64,000 bases of DNA from Candidatus Kapaibacterium sp. (GTDB lineage: Bacteria; Bacteroidota; Ignavibacteria; Kapaibacteriales; UBA2268): contig CP058732.1 of NCBI GenBank assembly GCA_013414795.1, positions 1,097,744 through 1,161,743 on the forward strand, in the 5' to 3' direction. Positions 48,202-57,400 of this stretch are shown here, piece after piece; positions within the stretch are counted from its first letter, which is position 1, and each line of letters opens with the position of its first letter. The translations under genes were made by a program, and so were the position numbers. Under the pieces are notes generated by a model. It saw nothing but the letters and a program-made list of their open reading frames with translations. It made no database searches and was not told the origin of the DNA.

Positions 48202-49628
48202 ACAACTATCATAATCACTTCTAGTAGAACCAAATATGGATTCTTCACAGAAACCAAGATTGGGTCATATTCGACTTTGGATTTAGTCGCCAGATTCCAA
48301 ATAACCATCATCCACAAAAGAAGCAAAAATGCATCCAACCAAAGAAAAGAAGGATGTTTGTACAAGGAAAAAACTTTTTCGCTGTTAATGTACAAAATGA
48401 AAACGATAACAGAAGCAAAAGAACTGCTTATTCCAAAAGTCTGAAAGAAATTCAAAGAATCTCGGGAGTATGGACTATTCAAGTTATTATTTTGCGTAAA
48501 GGATAGTTTTAAGTCGGAATATCTTTTAAATGTTGCAAGGGAAAGGAAAAAGAACATTGAAAAAGCAAGTAACCAATTGGAAATTGGGATACTCGTTGCT
48601 TCGCTACCAGCATAAAGTCTAATTACATAGAAAAGTGAAAGAAGGAAAATATCTACAACTGCTATTTGCTTTACCCAGAATGAATAAATTATGTTTAAAA
48701 CCAAGTAGAATGCACAGACAATAAAAAAGTTAACGCCAATGAAAAATGCTATCAATAATGAAGTAATAAGCACACTTAAGCCGATAAAAAATCCAGTGTA
48801 AAGAGAAAATAAACCTTTTGCAATTGGTCTGTTACGTTTTAACGGATGATTTCTATCGTTTTCGCAATCTACTATGTCGTTGAAAATATACAGAGAAGAT
48901 GCAAGGAAGGAGAAAGCAAAAAAAGCAAGAATTGAGTTTTGAATTGCTACAAGATTCTCGAATTGATGTGCCAAAAGCAAAGGGAGGAAAATCAGTAAAT
49001 TCTTTATCCACTGGTGCAATCTAATTAGTTTGAAGAAATCACGAAGTTTTGTCCTTTGGGAAAGCAGATTTCCAGCAAAGTTCTTTTTGTTTTTAACAAG
49101 GAAGTTCAAAAGATTTGAATTTGAAACCAGATAGGCTTTTTGGGCAACTGCCCAAATAGGGAAGTCACTAATCGAGTCACCAATGTAATCAAAATTCTTT
49201 ACGCCAAATTTTTGTGCGAGGAATTTTGCTTTATTTTTACCCTTCAGATTGTGGTCGTTATTCGAGCCGTAAACTTCGTCGAATAAATTTAATTCAGACT
49301 GCACTCGCTCGGCAATTGGTTGAAGCGAGGCAGTAACCAAAACTATTTTGTGATTATTATTTTTTGCATTAGATAGGAAATCGAGAACTTCTTTTCTATA
49401 TGGTAAGTTGCTCGATTCGTTTTTTGTTAATTCATAAAGCCTTTTTTTAAGATTTTGCTTGGATTTAAAAAGCCAAATGAAGATAATAAATAATTTTAAT
49501 GGATTTTTCTTGATAAATCTAATAACTTGTTCCGCAAGGATATCGGTTGAAATCAATGTATAATCCAAATCAACGCAAAGGACATTCTTCTGTTCTGCGT
49601 TCTCCATTATGTTTTTGCAAAAAAGCAA
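48177..49628 (-). CDS. fusion of HAD-superfamily phosphatase (N-term) and UbiA-family prenyl/phosphoribosyl transferase (C-term, DPPR-synthase-like)
   Basis: HAD motif I 'CVDLDYT', motif II 'IVLVTAS', motif IV 'GDSISD'. UbiA Asp-rich motif 'NDIVDCENDRNHP'. Then about 7 TM segments. Confidence 0.7.
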   Translation of the reverse strand: MLFCKNIMENAEQKNVLCVDLDYTLISTDILAEQVIRFIKKNPLKLFIIFIWLFKSKQNLKKRLYELTKNESSNLPYRKEVLDFLSNAKNNNHKIVLVTASLQPIAERVQSELNLFDEVYGSNNDHNLKGKNKAKFLAQKFGVKNFDYIGDSISDFPIWAVAQKAYLVSNSNLLNFLVKNKKNFAGNLLSQRTKLRDFFKLIRLHQWIKNLLIFLPLLLAHQFENLVAIQNSILAFFAFSFLASSLYIFNDIVDCENDRNHPLKRNRPIAKGLFSLYTGFFIGLSVLITSLLIAFFIGVNFFIVCAFYLVLNIIYSFWVKQIAVVDIFLLSLFYVIRLYAGSEATSIPISNWLLAFSMFFFLSLATFKRYSDLKLSFTQNNNLNSPYSRDSLNFFQTFGISSSFASVIVFILYINSEKVFSLYKHPSFLWLDAFLLLLWMMVIWNLATKSKVEYDPILVSVKNPYLVLLEVIMIVVWLMAFAL

Positions 49629-49690
49629 AAATACGTAAGATTTTCAAATAATCTCAAGGGTGCTTATGTTTTGTATTATTACTTTAAAAA

Positions 49691-51853
49691 TCAGTAACTT
49701 AAAACAAGCTTAATTGCCGAATACACTTTATCTTCGGTTACAAGAACGAAGTTTTCATAATTCGGATGATATGGAATATGAGAGTCGTGCGATGCAACTC
49801 GTATCACAGGAGCATCAAGATAATTGAATGCATACTGGGAGACGGTTGAGGCAATTTCAGCGCCAAAACCGTTTGTCCAGGTATCTTCGTGTACAACAAT
49901 TAGTCGATTGGTTTTTCTAACAGATTCTAATACCAAATCCTTATCCCAAGGAATAATAGTGCGTAAATCTATAATTTCAATAGAATAGTTAGGGTTTTCT
50001 TTGATAAATCTTTTAGCCGCATTGAATGAGTCTTTGACACCCATACCCCAAGTAACAATAGTTAAATCTTTGCCTTCTTGAACAACTTTGCCTTTACCAA
50101 AAGGAAGTAGAAAATCCTTATCGGGTTCAATGGTAGTAGAAAAGGGATGTCGATACAAGCCCTTGTGTTCACAGAAAATCACGGGGTCTTGCAATCTGCA
50201 AGCGGTTTTCAACAGACCCTTGGCATCGGCTGCTGTCGAAGGATAGGCAATCATAAGCCCTGGAATGTGAGCAAAGATGGATTCAATGTTTTGTGAATGA
50301 TACAATCCCCCGTGAATATAGCCGCCAACTGCAACTCGAATTACCACGGGTGCAGAAAAGTTGCCATTTGAACGGTAACGCATCGTTGCTATTTCGTTTT
50401 TAATTTGCATAAATGCTGGCCAGATGTAATCCCCGAATTGCATTTCAACGACGGGTTTGAATCCACGAACTGCAAGACCGAGTGCAACGCCAGCAATTGA
50501 TGCCTCGGCGAGGGGGGAATTGAAAACTCGTTCACTTCCGAAACGTGTCGATAATCCTTTGGTGGCAGTAAAAACACCACCTTTTGGGTCGGCAATATCT
50601 TCTCCGAAGATTAACATTTTAGGATTATACTCCATTTCTTCGTGAAGAGCGTGGTTGATAGCGTCGACCATAACTATTTTTTCGCCTTCGGTAGGAACTT
50701 TATCTGAATAAGGAAGATTACGTGTTTCAATTGGAGCAAACACGTGTTTTATTGCATCCTCTGGATTTGGGTCGGGTTCTTCCCAAGCCTTATCTGCTGC
50801 GTAGTCGATTTCTTTGTTAACAGTTTCAAGAATTTCGTTTAGTTCATCGTGAGTTGCAATGTTGTGATTTATTAAATATGATTGCAATTTTTTAATTGGG
50901 TCTTTTTCAAATGCCTTTTCAAGTTCATCTTTGGAGCGATACTTTCGGTGGTCGTCGCTGGAAGAGTGTGGAAGAAGCCGTTCGACAAGCGCGTGTAGAA
51001 GCACTGGTCCACAACCAGATGTAGTGTAATCCAATGCTTCGCGGGCAGCGAGAAGAGATTCGAAAAAGTCTGTTCCGTCGAATGTTTTAATTTTTAAATT
51101 GGAGTAACAACAAAATGTGTGGCCAACAGTTTCTCCCATAGACTGGTGTTCCCGAGGAACTGATATTGCATATTTGTTGTCTTGGATGCAAAAGATAACG
51201 GGAAGTTTCTCTCGTGCAGCCCAATTCACCGCTTCGTAGAATTCTCCTTCGCTTGTTGCTCCTTCGCCAGAATCAACGTATGTAACTTCGTCGCTTTTTA
51301 GATATTTTGTGGCAAGTGCTGTTCCCACAGCATTAAGGTATTGAGTTCCAGTTGGCGAAGAAGCAGTCGGCATATTCAACTTCGGATGGCCATAGTGCCC
51401 AGGCATTTGTCGTCCACCGCTGGCTGGACAATTAGGCTTACCATAAGCCATAAGAAAATATTCATATGGAGTAACTCCCAACGTGTAGGCTAAACCTACA
51501 TCGCGATAATACAACCAGAACCAATCTTTACCAGGTCTTAAAGTCAATCCAATTGCAACTTGAATTGCTTCGTGCCCACTACCACCAATATGGAAAAACG
51601 ACTTCCCTTGCTTAAGCAATTTCAAGTGCTTGTCGTCTGTAAGCCTTGCTTGTAGCATAAGTTTGTATGCCTTCAACATAAATTCTTTACTTAATTCAAG
51701 TTGAATGTGTGGTGGTATATCTTTTCGAAGGCTTACTGGCTCGCGTGAACAAGCGGGACCGCGGTTGTGAATGCAGTAATTGGTTTCGAACGAACTTGCA
51801 ATTTCTTGCGAAATAATTTGGTCTGATAAATCCAAATAAGAATTTTTTGCCAT
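49691..51853 (-). CDS. TPP-dependent 2-oxoacid dehydrogenase E1 component, fused alpha and beta subunits
   Basis: Alpha-type TPP motif 'GEGATSEGEFYEAVNWA…IFCIQDNKYAIS'. The C-terminal half is the transketolase-like beta subunit ('VFNSPLAEASIAGVALGLAVRGFKPVVEMQFGDYIWPA'). 720 aa single ORF. Confidence 0.8.
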   Translation of the reverse strand: MAKNSYLDLSDQIISQEIASSFETNYCIHNRGPACSREPVSLRKDIPPHIQLELSKEFMLKAYKLMLQARLTDDKHLKLLKQGKSFFHIGGSGHEAIQVAIGLTLRPGKDWFWLYYRDVGLAYTLGVTPYEYFLMAYGKPNCPASGGRQMPGHYGHPKLNMPTASSPTGTQYLNAVGTALATKYLKSDEVTYVDSGEGATSEGEFYEAVNWAAREKLPVIFCIQDNKYAISVPREHQSMGETVGHTFCCYSNLKIKTFDGTDFFESLLAAREALDYTTSGCGPVLLHALVERLLPHSSSDDHRKYRSKDELEKAFEKDPIKKLQSYLINHNIATHDELNEILETVNKEIDYAADKAWEEPDPNPEDAIKHVFAPIETRNLPYSDKVPTEGEKIVMVDAINHALHEEMEYNPKMLIFGEDIADPKGGVFTATKGLSTRFGSERVFNSPLAEASIAGVALGLAVRGFKPVVEMQFGDYIWPAFMQIKNEIATMRYRSNGNFSAPVVIRVAVGGYIHGGLYHSQNIESIFAHIPGLMIAYPSTAADAKGLLKTACRLQDPVIFCEHKGLYRHPFSTTIEPDKDFLLPFGKGKVVQEGKDLTIVTWGMGVKDSFNAAKRFIKENPNYSIEIIDLRTIIPWDKDLVLESVRKTNRLIVVHEDTWTNGFGAEIASTVSQYAFNYLDAPVIRVASHDSHIPYHPNYENFVLVTEDKVYSAIKLVLSY

Positions 51854-51955
51854 TTTTGTATTCCTATTTATTTAAAATTTTTACAATTTTGTTTGACTAA
51901 CAAATTTATTAATTTCTCTAAAATTAACGAATATTGACGATGAAAATTTAAAATT

Positions 51956-53107
51956 ATGAGTTGGAATAGTATTATTGGACAAAAAAAAGTCAAAGAATAT
52001 TTTCGGCGAGTTTTCGCAGAAGGAGTATTAGCAAATGCCTATTGCTTCTATGGTGTGGAGGGAGTTGGAAAATTTGCTACTGCGCTTGAGATAATAAAAA
52101 CTGCAAGTTGTCTTAAACCAAAATTAATTGATGGATATCGTGAATCTTGTGGAGAATGCCAAAATTGTATAGATATTTTAAATCTTAAATTTCCGAATGT
52201 TGAATACATTTTTTCTTTGCCTTCTGGGAAAGTATCAGAAAAAGAAGACAGTTCAATTGTTGAATCACTGTCCGATGCATTAATTGAGGAAATAAATTTA
52301 AAATTGAAAGAAAAAATTGCCAATCCGTATGCGAAATTTTCAATCGAAGGCGCGTCGCAAATTAAAGTTGCTCAAATTCGAGAATTAAGAAAAGCCCTTG
52401 CGCTTTCAAATTCCTTGCCTGGACGGAAATTTGTCGTATTCTTTAATGCAGAGGAAATGCGTATTGAATCTCAAAATGCTTTTTTGAAAACTCTGGAGGA
52501 GCCTCGAAGTGATATTACATTCTTTCTTTTAACAACAAAACGCGAAGGGCTATTGCCAACGATTCTTTCCCGTTGCCAACAGATATTTTTTCCACCCCTT
52601 TCCGACCAAGAGATAGCCTTCGTTTTAAAGCAAGAAAATAAATTGAGCGAGGACGAAATTAAAATTATTTCACGCTTCGCTAATGGTTCATTAACAAGAG
52701 CATACGAACTTGTTGGTGCCAATTTAAAGGATTTGCGCAATAGTTTAATTGATTTATTAAGAATATCTTTGAAGAAAGAATTACCTGGAAAGCAACTTGT
52801 AGACAAAATCAATGAACTGACAAGCGGAATGGATAAAAAAATGGCTCAGACTTGTTTGCATTTGTTGGGCAATTGGCTTCGGGACGCTGTTGTCGTTGCA
52901 AGTAACGGTTCTGATTCGTTGGTTGTAAATATTGATGATTTAGAGACTTTAGAGCGATTTGCAAATAAATTTGTTAACGAAAATATTAACCAAGCGTTCG
53001 AAGTAATTGAAAATGCAAACTATATGATTTTTTCGAATGTTCAAATTCCCAACGTATTTTTAAACCTTTTTCTTGAAATCAGAAAACTTTTGATAAAGAT
53101 TAGTTAA
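51956..53107 (+). CDS. holB: DNA polymerase III subunit delta'
   Basis: Degenerate AAA+ P-loop 'FYGVEGVGKFATALEI'. Zn-module 'CGECQNC'. 'LKTLEEP…TFFLLTT…LLPTILSRCQ' sensor region. Confidence 0.75.
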   Translation: MSWNSIIGQKKVKEYFRRVFAEGVLANAYCFYGVEGVGKFATALEIIKTASCLKPKLIDGYRESCGECQNCIDILNLKFPNVEYIFSLPSGKVSEKEDSSIVESLSDALIEEINLKLKEKIANPYAKFSIEGASQIKVAQIRELRKALALSNSLPGRKFVVFFNAEEMRIESQNAFLKTLEEPRSDITFFLLTTKREGLLPTILSRCQQIFFPPLSDQEIAFVLKQENKLSEDEIKIISRFANGSLTRAYELVGANLKDLRNSLIDLLRISLKKELPGKQLVDKINELTSGMDKKMAQTCLHLLGNWLRDAVVVASNGSDSLVVNIDDLETLERFANKFVNENINQAFEVIENANYMIFSNVQIPNVFLNLFLEIRKLLIKIS

Positions 53108-53157
53108 AAAGTTTTAAATTTGGTTCCAAATTTTATGAAAAATTAAACTTTTCGAAA

Positions 53158-54660
53158 ATGGCAAAAAAAGTAAGAACATCGAGAAATGGCGATAACGAGA
53201 ATTTAGTTTCATTACTGGGGAATTTTGTCCCTCCGCATTCAATCGAATCTGAAATGGCTGTCCTTGGTGCTATGTTGCTTGATAGTTCTGCTATCACGAA
53301 ATCGCTTGAAATGTTGACCAAGGATAGTTTCTATGTTGAACGAAACAAATTGATTTTCGAAACCATTGTTCAAATGTTTGAAAAAGGAATACAAGTCGAT
53401 GTTCTTACGGTTGCCGAAGAATTAAAGAGGCGGAACAAGTTCGACTTGGTAGGCGGTAGCGAATACCTTGCAAGTTTGATGGAAAATGTGCCAACAGCAG
53501 AGAATGTCGAGGATTATTGCAAAATAATATTGGAACGTAGTTTCAATCGAGAACTGCTTAAGGTGTGTGGAGATATTATTTACGAAAGCCTAAAAGGCGA
53601 GACCGATTCTCTCGAATTAATCGATAAAGCCGAAAGAATGATTTTCCAGATTGCCGAAAAAAGATTTTCGAAAAATTACGTAGGAATACGAAAAGTTTTG
53701 CATAATATCATTGAACAACTCTCCCAGATGGTCGAAGGAGAAAATAAAGGCTTGACGGGAGTTCCCAGCGGTTTCATAGATTTGGACCGATACCTTGGTG
53801 GATTTCAAAAATCCGATTTGATTATCATAGCGGCAAGACCCTCTGTTGGGAAAACTGCTTTTGCACTTTCAATAGCGAGGAATGTTGCAGTCGATTACAA
53901 CATTCCAGTGGGATTTTTCTCCTTGGAAATGTCTGCCCAACAATTGACTTTGCGTTTAATTTCTTCTCAAACTGGGATAGAAAATCATAAAATTCGCACT
54001 GGTAATATAAATCGAAACGACTTGAAGGCAATATTAACTAAAATGACAAAATTATCCCAGGCACCGTTGTTTATTGACGATAGTCCAAAGATTAATCTTG
54101 TTGAACTGCGCGCGAAAGCCAGAAGGTTGAAGGCTGAGCACAATGTTGGAATTATTATTATTGATTATCTACAATTGATTGACCCACCAAAGGCTGAAAG
54201 TCGTGAACGAGAAATTTCTATAATTTCAAGGACATTGAAGCAAATTGCAAAGGAATTAGATATCCCAATAATTGCTCTTTCCCAGTTGAATCGAGTTGTT
54301 GAAACTCGAAAAGACCGAAGGCCACAGCTATCCGACTTACGTGAATCTGGAAGTATCGAGCAAGACGCCGATGTTGTTTTGTTTATTTATCGTCCTGAAA
54401 TCTACGGTATTAAAACTTGGGAAGGTAGTCAAGAATCGACAGAAGGAACTGCTGAAATTATCATTGGCAAGCAAAGGAATGGTCCGACTGGCTCCTTCCG
54501 AGTTGTCTACTTAAAAGACACATTGAGATTTGATAACGGAGATTTCCGCTATGTGGACGAGGATGTAATTGCTCCTTCTCCGTCCATTGAAGAGGATTAT
54601 TTCGAGGATTTAGATGTTGAAGAAGATGTGGATTTCGACGATACCGATGATAGTTTCTAA
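53158..54660 (+). CDS. dnaB: replicative DNA helicase DnaB
   Basis: N-terminal 'PHSIESEMAVLGAMLLD'. RecA-fold Walker A 'IIIAARPSVGKTAFALSIA', Walker B 'IIIDYLQLI'. Acidic C-terminal tail. Confidence 0.92.
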   Translation: MAKKVRTSRNGDNENLVSLLGNFVPPHSIESEMAVLGAMLLDSSAITKSLEMLTKDSFYVERNKLIFETIVQMFEKGIQVDVLTVAEELKRRNKFDLVGGSEYLASLMENVPTAENVEDYCKIILERSFNRELLKVCGDIIYESLKGETDSLELIDKAERMIFQIAEKRFSKNYVGIRKVLHNIIEQLSQMVEGENKGLTGVPSGFIDLDRYLGGFQKSDLIIIAARPSVGKTAFALSIARNVAVDYNIPVGFFSLEMSAQQLTLRLISSQTGIENHKIRTGNINRNDLKAILTKMTKLSQAPLFIDDSPKINLVELRAKARRLKAEHNVGIIIIDYLQLIDPPKAESREREISIISRTLKQIAKELDIPIIALSQLNRVVETRKDRRPQLSDLRESGSIEQDADVVLFIYRPEIYGIKTWEGSQESTEGTAEIIIGKQRNGPTGSFRVVYLKDTLRFDNGDFRYVDEDVIAPSPSIEEDYFEDLDVEEDVDFDDTDDSF

Positions 54661-55629
54661 TTAGAAGGGTAGTTTCGTTAGGTCTACATTTCCACCCGAA
54701 ATTATTATTCCGACTTTACTGCCCAAAAAAATTTCTGGATACTCTAATACGCCAGCTAATGGAACCGCACCAGAAGGTTCAACCACAATCTTCATTCTTT
54801 CGAAGAGCAACTTCATTGCTTGAATAATTGATTCCTCCGAAACAGTGATAATTCTTTCGACATTTTGTTTTATTATTCCAAAAGTTCTCTCTGAAAGCGA
54901 TGTTAAAAGCCCATCGGCAATTGTCTTTGGTTCCTGCGAGGGGTAAATTTTGTTATCTCTTATCGAACGAAATGCATCATCGGCACCTTTTGGTTCCACT
55001 CCAATTACTTTTGTAAAATTCGACAATGATTTTACCAAAATCGATGTGCCACTTAGTAGCCCACCACCACCGACTGGCGTTAGTATGAAATCTAAATTGG
55101 GTTGGTCTTCGAGTAGTTCTTTAGCACAAGTTCCTTGTCCAGCAATCACATAAAAGTTATCGTATGGGTGGATAAAAGTCGAATTTGTTTTTTGGAGGAA
55201 GGCACGCAATGTTTCTTCCCTGGACTTTTGATTTGGCTCGCAAAAAATAATTTCAGCCCCGTAGCCCTTTACGGCTTCCACTTTTGGCTTTGGGGATGTT
55301 TTAGGCATAATGATAGTTGCTTTCGCTCCAACTATTCCCCCCGCATAAGCAATTGCTTGAGCGTGGTTTCCAGATGAATGAGTGGCTATTCCATATTTCA
55401 ATTGCTCTTTCGATAATGAAAGAACAGCATTTAATGCTCCTCTGGCTTTGAATGCCCCAACTTTTTGAAAATTTTCACACTTGAAGAAAAGTTTACAACC
55501 CCCAATCTCATCAATAGTTTTGCAAGTAAGGATTGGAGTTCTATGTATAAATGGTTCTATTAATCTGTGTGCTTCAACAATATCATTGAATGTAGGAATG
55601 TTAGGTTCATTCTTCTGGTTCCATTCCAT
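54661..55629 (-). CDS. PLP-dependent threonine/serine dehydratase (threonine ammonia-lyase-like)
   Basis: Lys-PLP motif 'ENFQKVGAFKARGALN'. Gly-rich loop 'TPVGGGGLLSG'. Confidence 0.8.
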   Translation of the reverse strand: MEWNQKNEPNIPTFNDIVEAHRLIEPFIHRTPILTCKTIDEIGGCKLFFKCENFQKVGAFKARGALNAVLSLSKEQLKYGIATHSSGNHAQAIAYAGGIVGAKATIIMPKTSPKPKVEAVKGYGAEIIFCEPNQKSREETLRAFLQKTNSTFIHPYDNFYVIAGQGTCAKELLEDQPNLDFILTPVGGGGLLSGTSILVKSLSNFTKVIGVEPKGADDAFRSIRDNKIYPSQEPKTIADGLLTSLSERTFGIIKQNVERIITVSEESIIQAMKLLFERMKIVVEPSGAVPLAGVLEYPEIFLGSKVGIIISGGNVDLTKLPF

Positions 55630-56104
55630 AGTTTTTCCATTCTTCTTTTGAAGGACCGTAAATGCCTGGGACTTTCAATCCAGATTGTCTCATTAGAACA
55701 GTGATTTGGGCTCTATGGTGTATTTCGTGTTTAAGAAAACCATAGAGAACTTGCTTCTTCGTCCACTTCTCTCCATAAATTTCGACCTCATCTTCAAGTT
55801 GATTGTCTGAAATTACATTTGGAATATGGTTTAACACTTTTTCAGTTTGCTCCTGATAAGCTCGGACGATTTCTTGAACATTTTCAAACCTCTGGTCTTT
55901 TTGGTGGTGCATTTCTTCGAGCCCGAATGTTTTTAGCATATCCACCAGAGACCAGATGATATGGCGGCAAATGGTTTCAATATTTCGTCCTTCTGAATAA
56001 ACTTTGGCTGAAAGAGAAGAATCCGTTAAAGAGTTGAAAATTTGTAAAGTTTTTTGTGATTCTTCCTTAAAATCAGAGATAAAATCTTGTACTTTGCAAT
56101 ACAT
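55607..56104 (-). CDS. DinB/YfiT-family (DinB_2) metal-dependent protein
   Basis: Four-helix-bundle family His triad including 'LKHEIHHRAQI'. Overlaps the upstream dehydratase by 23 bp. Confidence 0.7.
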   Translation of the reverse strand: MYCKVQDFISDFKEESQKTLQIFNSLTDSSLSAKVYSEGRNIETICRHIIWSLVDMLKTFGLEEMHHQKDQRFENVQEIVRAYQEQTEKVLNHIPNVISDNQLEDEVEIYGEKWTKKQVLYGFLKHEIHHRAQITVLMRQSGLKVPGIYGPSKEEWKNYGMEPEE

Positions 56105-56155
56105 AATTACTCTAAATTTTATAAAATTGCAATTTAATATTTAAAAACATTACTG

Positions 56156-56755
56156 ATGTTCTCTTTTGTAAAAGGAAAAGTAATCAAGAAAGCCACTTCC
56201 TTTATTGAAATTGAAGTCAACGGCTTGGGTTTCGAAATAATGATGTCTTTGAATTCATTGAAGGATGTTGGCGAATTTGGCTCGGAGGCTTTGATTTACA
56301 CTTATATTGTTTTTCGCGACGATTCTTTCCAAATTTATGGCTTTTCAACTCGGGAGGAGAAAGAAATATTTCGTGAATTGATTAAAATATCTGGGGTTGG
56401 ACCAAAAATTGCTCTTGCGATTCTTTCATACTTAAAAGTTGAAGAGTTTATAGATTGTGTTGCAAAGAACGAAATCAAAAAATTGACAGGCTTACCAGGT
56501 ATTGGTAAGAAAACAGCCGAACGAGTTCTGCTTGAGTTTAGGGAAAAAGTTAAGAAATTAAAAGACAAAGAGCAACCAGAGTTAACAAGCGAGAGTATGC
56601 GAGTTTATGAAGAAACAATTTCTGCATTAACAGTGCTTGGATACCAGGAGAATAAAGTTAGAAGTTTGGTTTTAGAACTCATTGCAAAGTTGCCACAAAA
56701 CGAATTAACTGTTGAGAATGTGCTGAAGCACACTTTGAAGGAACTCGTAAAGTAA
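56156..56755 (+). CDS. ruvA: Holliday junction branch-migration protein RuvA
   Basis: 'MFSFVKGKV…IEVNGLGFEI' OB-fold start. Tandem HhH 'LIKISGVGPKIALAIL…LTGLPGIGKKTAERV'. C-terminal RuvB-binding domain. Confidence 0.88.
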   Translation: MFSFVKGKVIKKATSFIEIEVNGLGFEIMMSLNSLKDVGEFGSEALIYTYIVFRDDSFQIYGFSTREEKEIFRELIKISGVGPKIALAILSYLKVEEFIDCVAKNEIKKLTGLPGIGKKTAERVLLEFREKVKKLKDKEQPELTSESMRVYEETISALTVLGYQENKVRSLVLELIAKLPQNELTVENVLKHTLKELVK

Positions 56756-56759
56756 CAAA

Positions 56760-57350
56760 TTAAAACCAATAGTATGCAAAGCGAAGGAAGATTCCACGCC
56801 GATAATTGAAACCTATTCCAACAAAATATTGGTCGAGTAAGTAATAATCGATTCCAATTCCAAAGTTTAAACCAGTTTTGTTTTCCGTTTTGCCAAGATA
56901 GTAGAGTTGTCCATAGTCTGTTTGACCATATGGGGTTGTAATTCTTTTAGACTTAGCAAGGATTGAATCCTGTTGCACATAAAACCCGATTGTTGGAGTA
57001 ATAATGAAATCATCGAATAGTTCAAAGAAATAATAAAAATCTGTTGTAACTAATACATAAGTAAACTTATATTCATCATATTCGCCTTTTTTTGGCAAAG
57101 GATATTGAGTGGAAGGATATATATATTTAGGTTTTGAAGAAGCAAAGCCAGTTAAGCCCATCGAGGCGCCAACATTCCAAAAGCGGAAACCAAGAGCAGC
57201 ACTCAATTTTAAATTATTCCAACCGATTTCTCCGAACACACTTTTAAGATTACTTGCCCAGAAAGATTCTTGTGCATAAGAGTTGAGGCTAATAAATAAA
57301 GCAAGTAGAAAAACAACTTTCTTCATAAACTCGTTCCTCTTGTTTAACAA
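56760..57350 (-). CDS. small outer-membrane beta-barrel protein (OmpA-like/porin_2-like)
   Basis: Signal peptide. Alternating hydrophobic beta-strand pattern. C-terminal aromatic residue (…FAYYWF). Confidence 0.4.
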   Translation of the reverse strand: MLNKRNEFMKKVVFLLALFISLNSYAQESFWASNLKSVFGEIGWNNLKLSAALGFRFWNVGASMGLTGFASSKPKYIYPSTQYPLPKKGEYDEYKFTYVLVTTDFYYFFELFDDFIITPTIGFYVQQDSILAKSKRITTPYGQTDYGQLYYLGKTENKTGLNFGIGIDYYLLDQYFVGIGFNYRRGIFLRFAYYWF

Positions 57351-57400
57351 TGTATGGGGCGAAACAAAGTTCGCCCCATTTGCGTTGAACTTAAAAGGAA

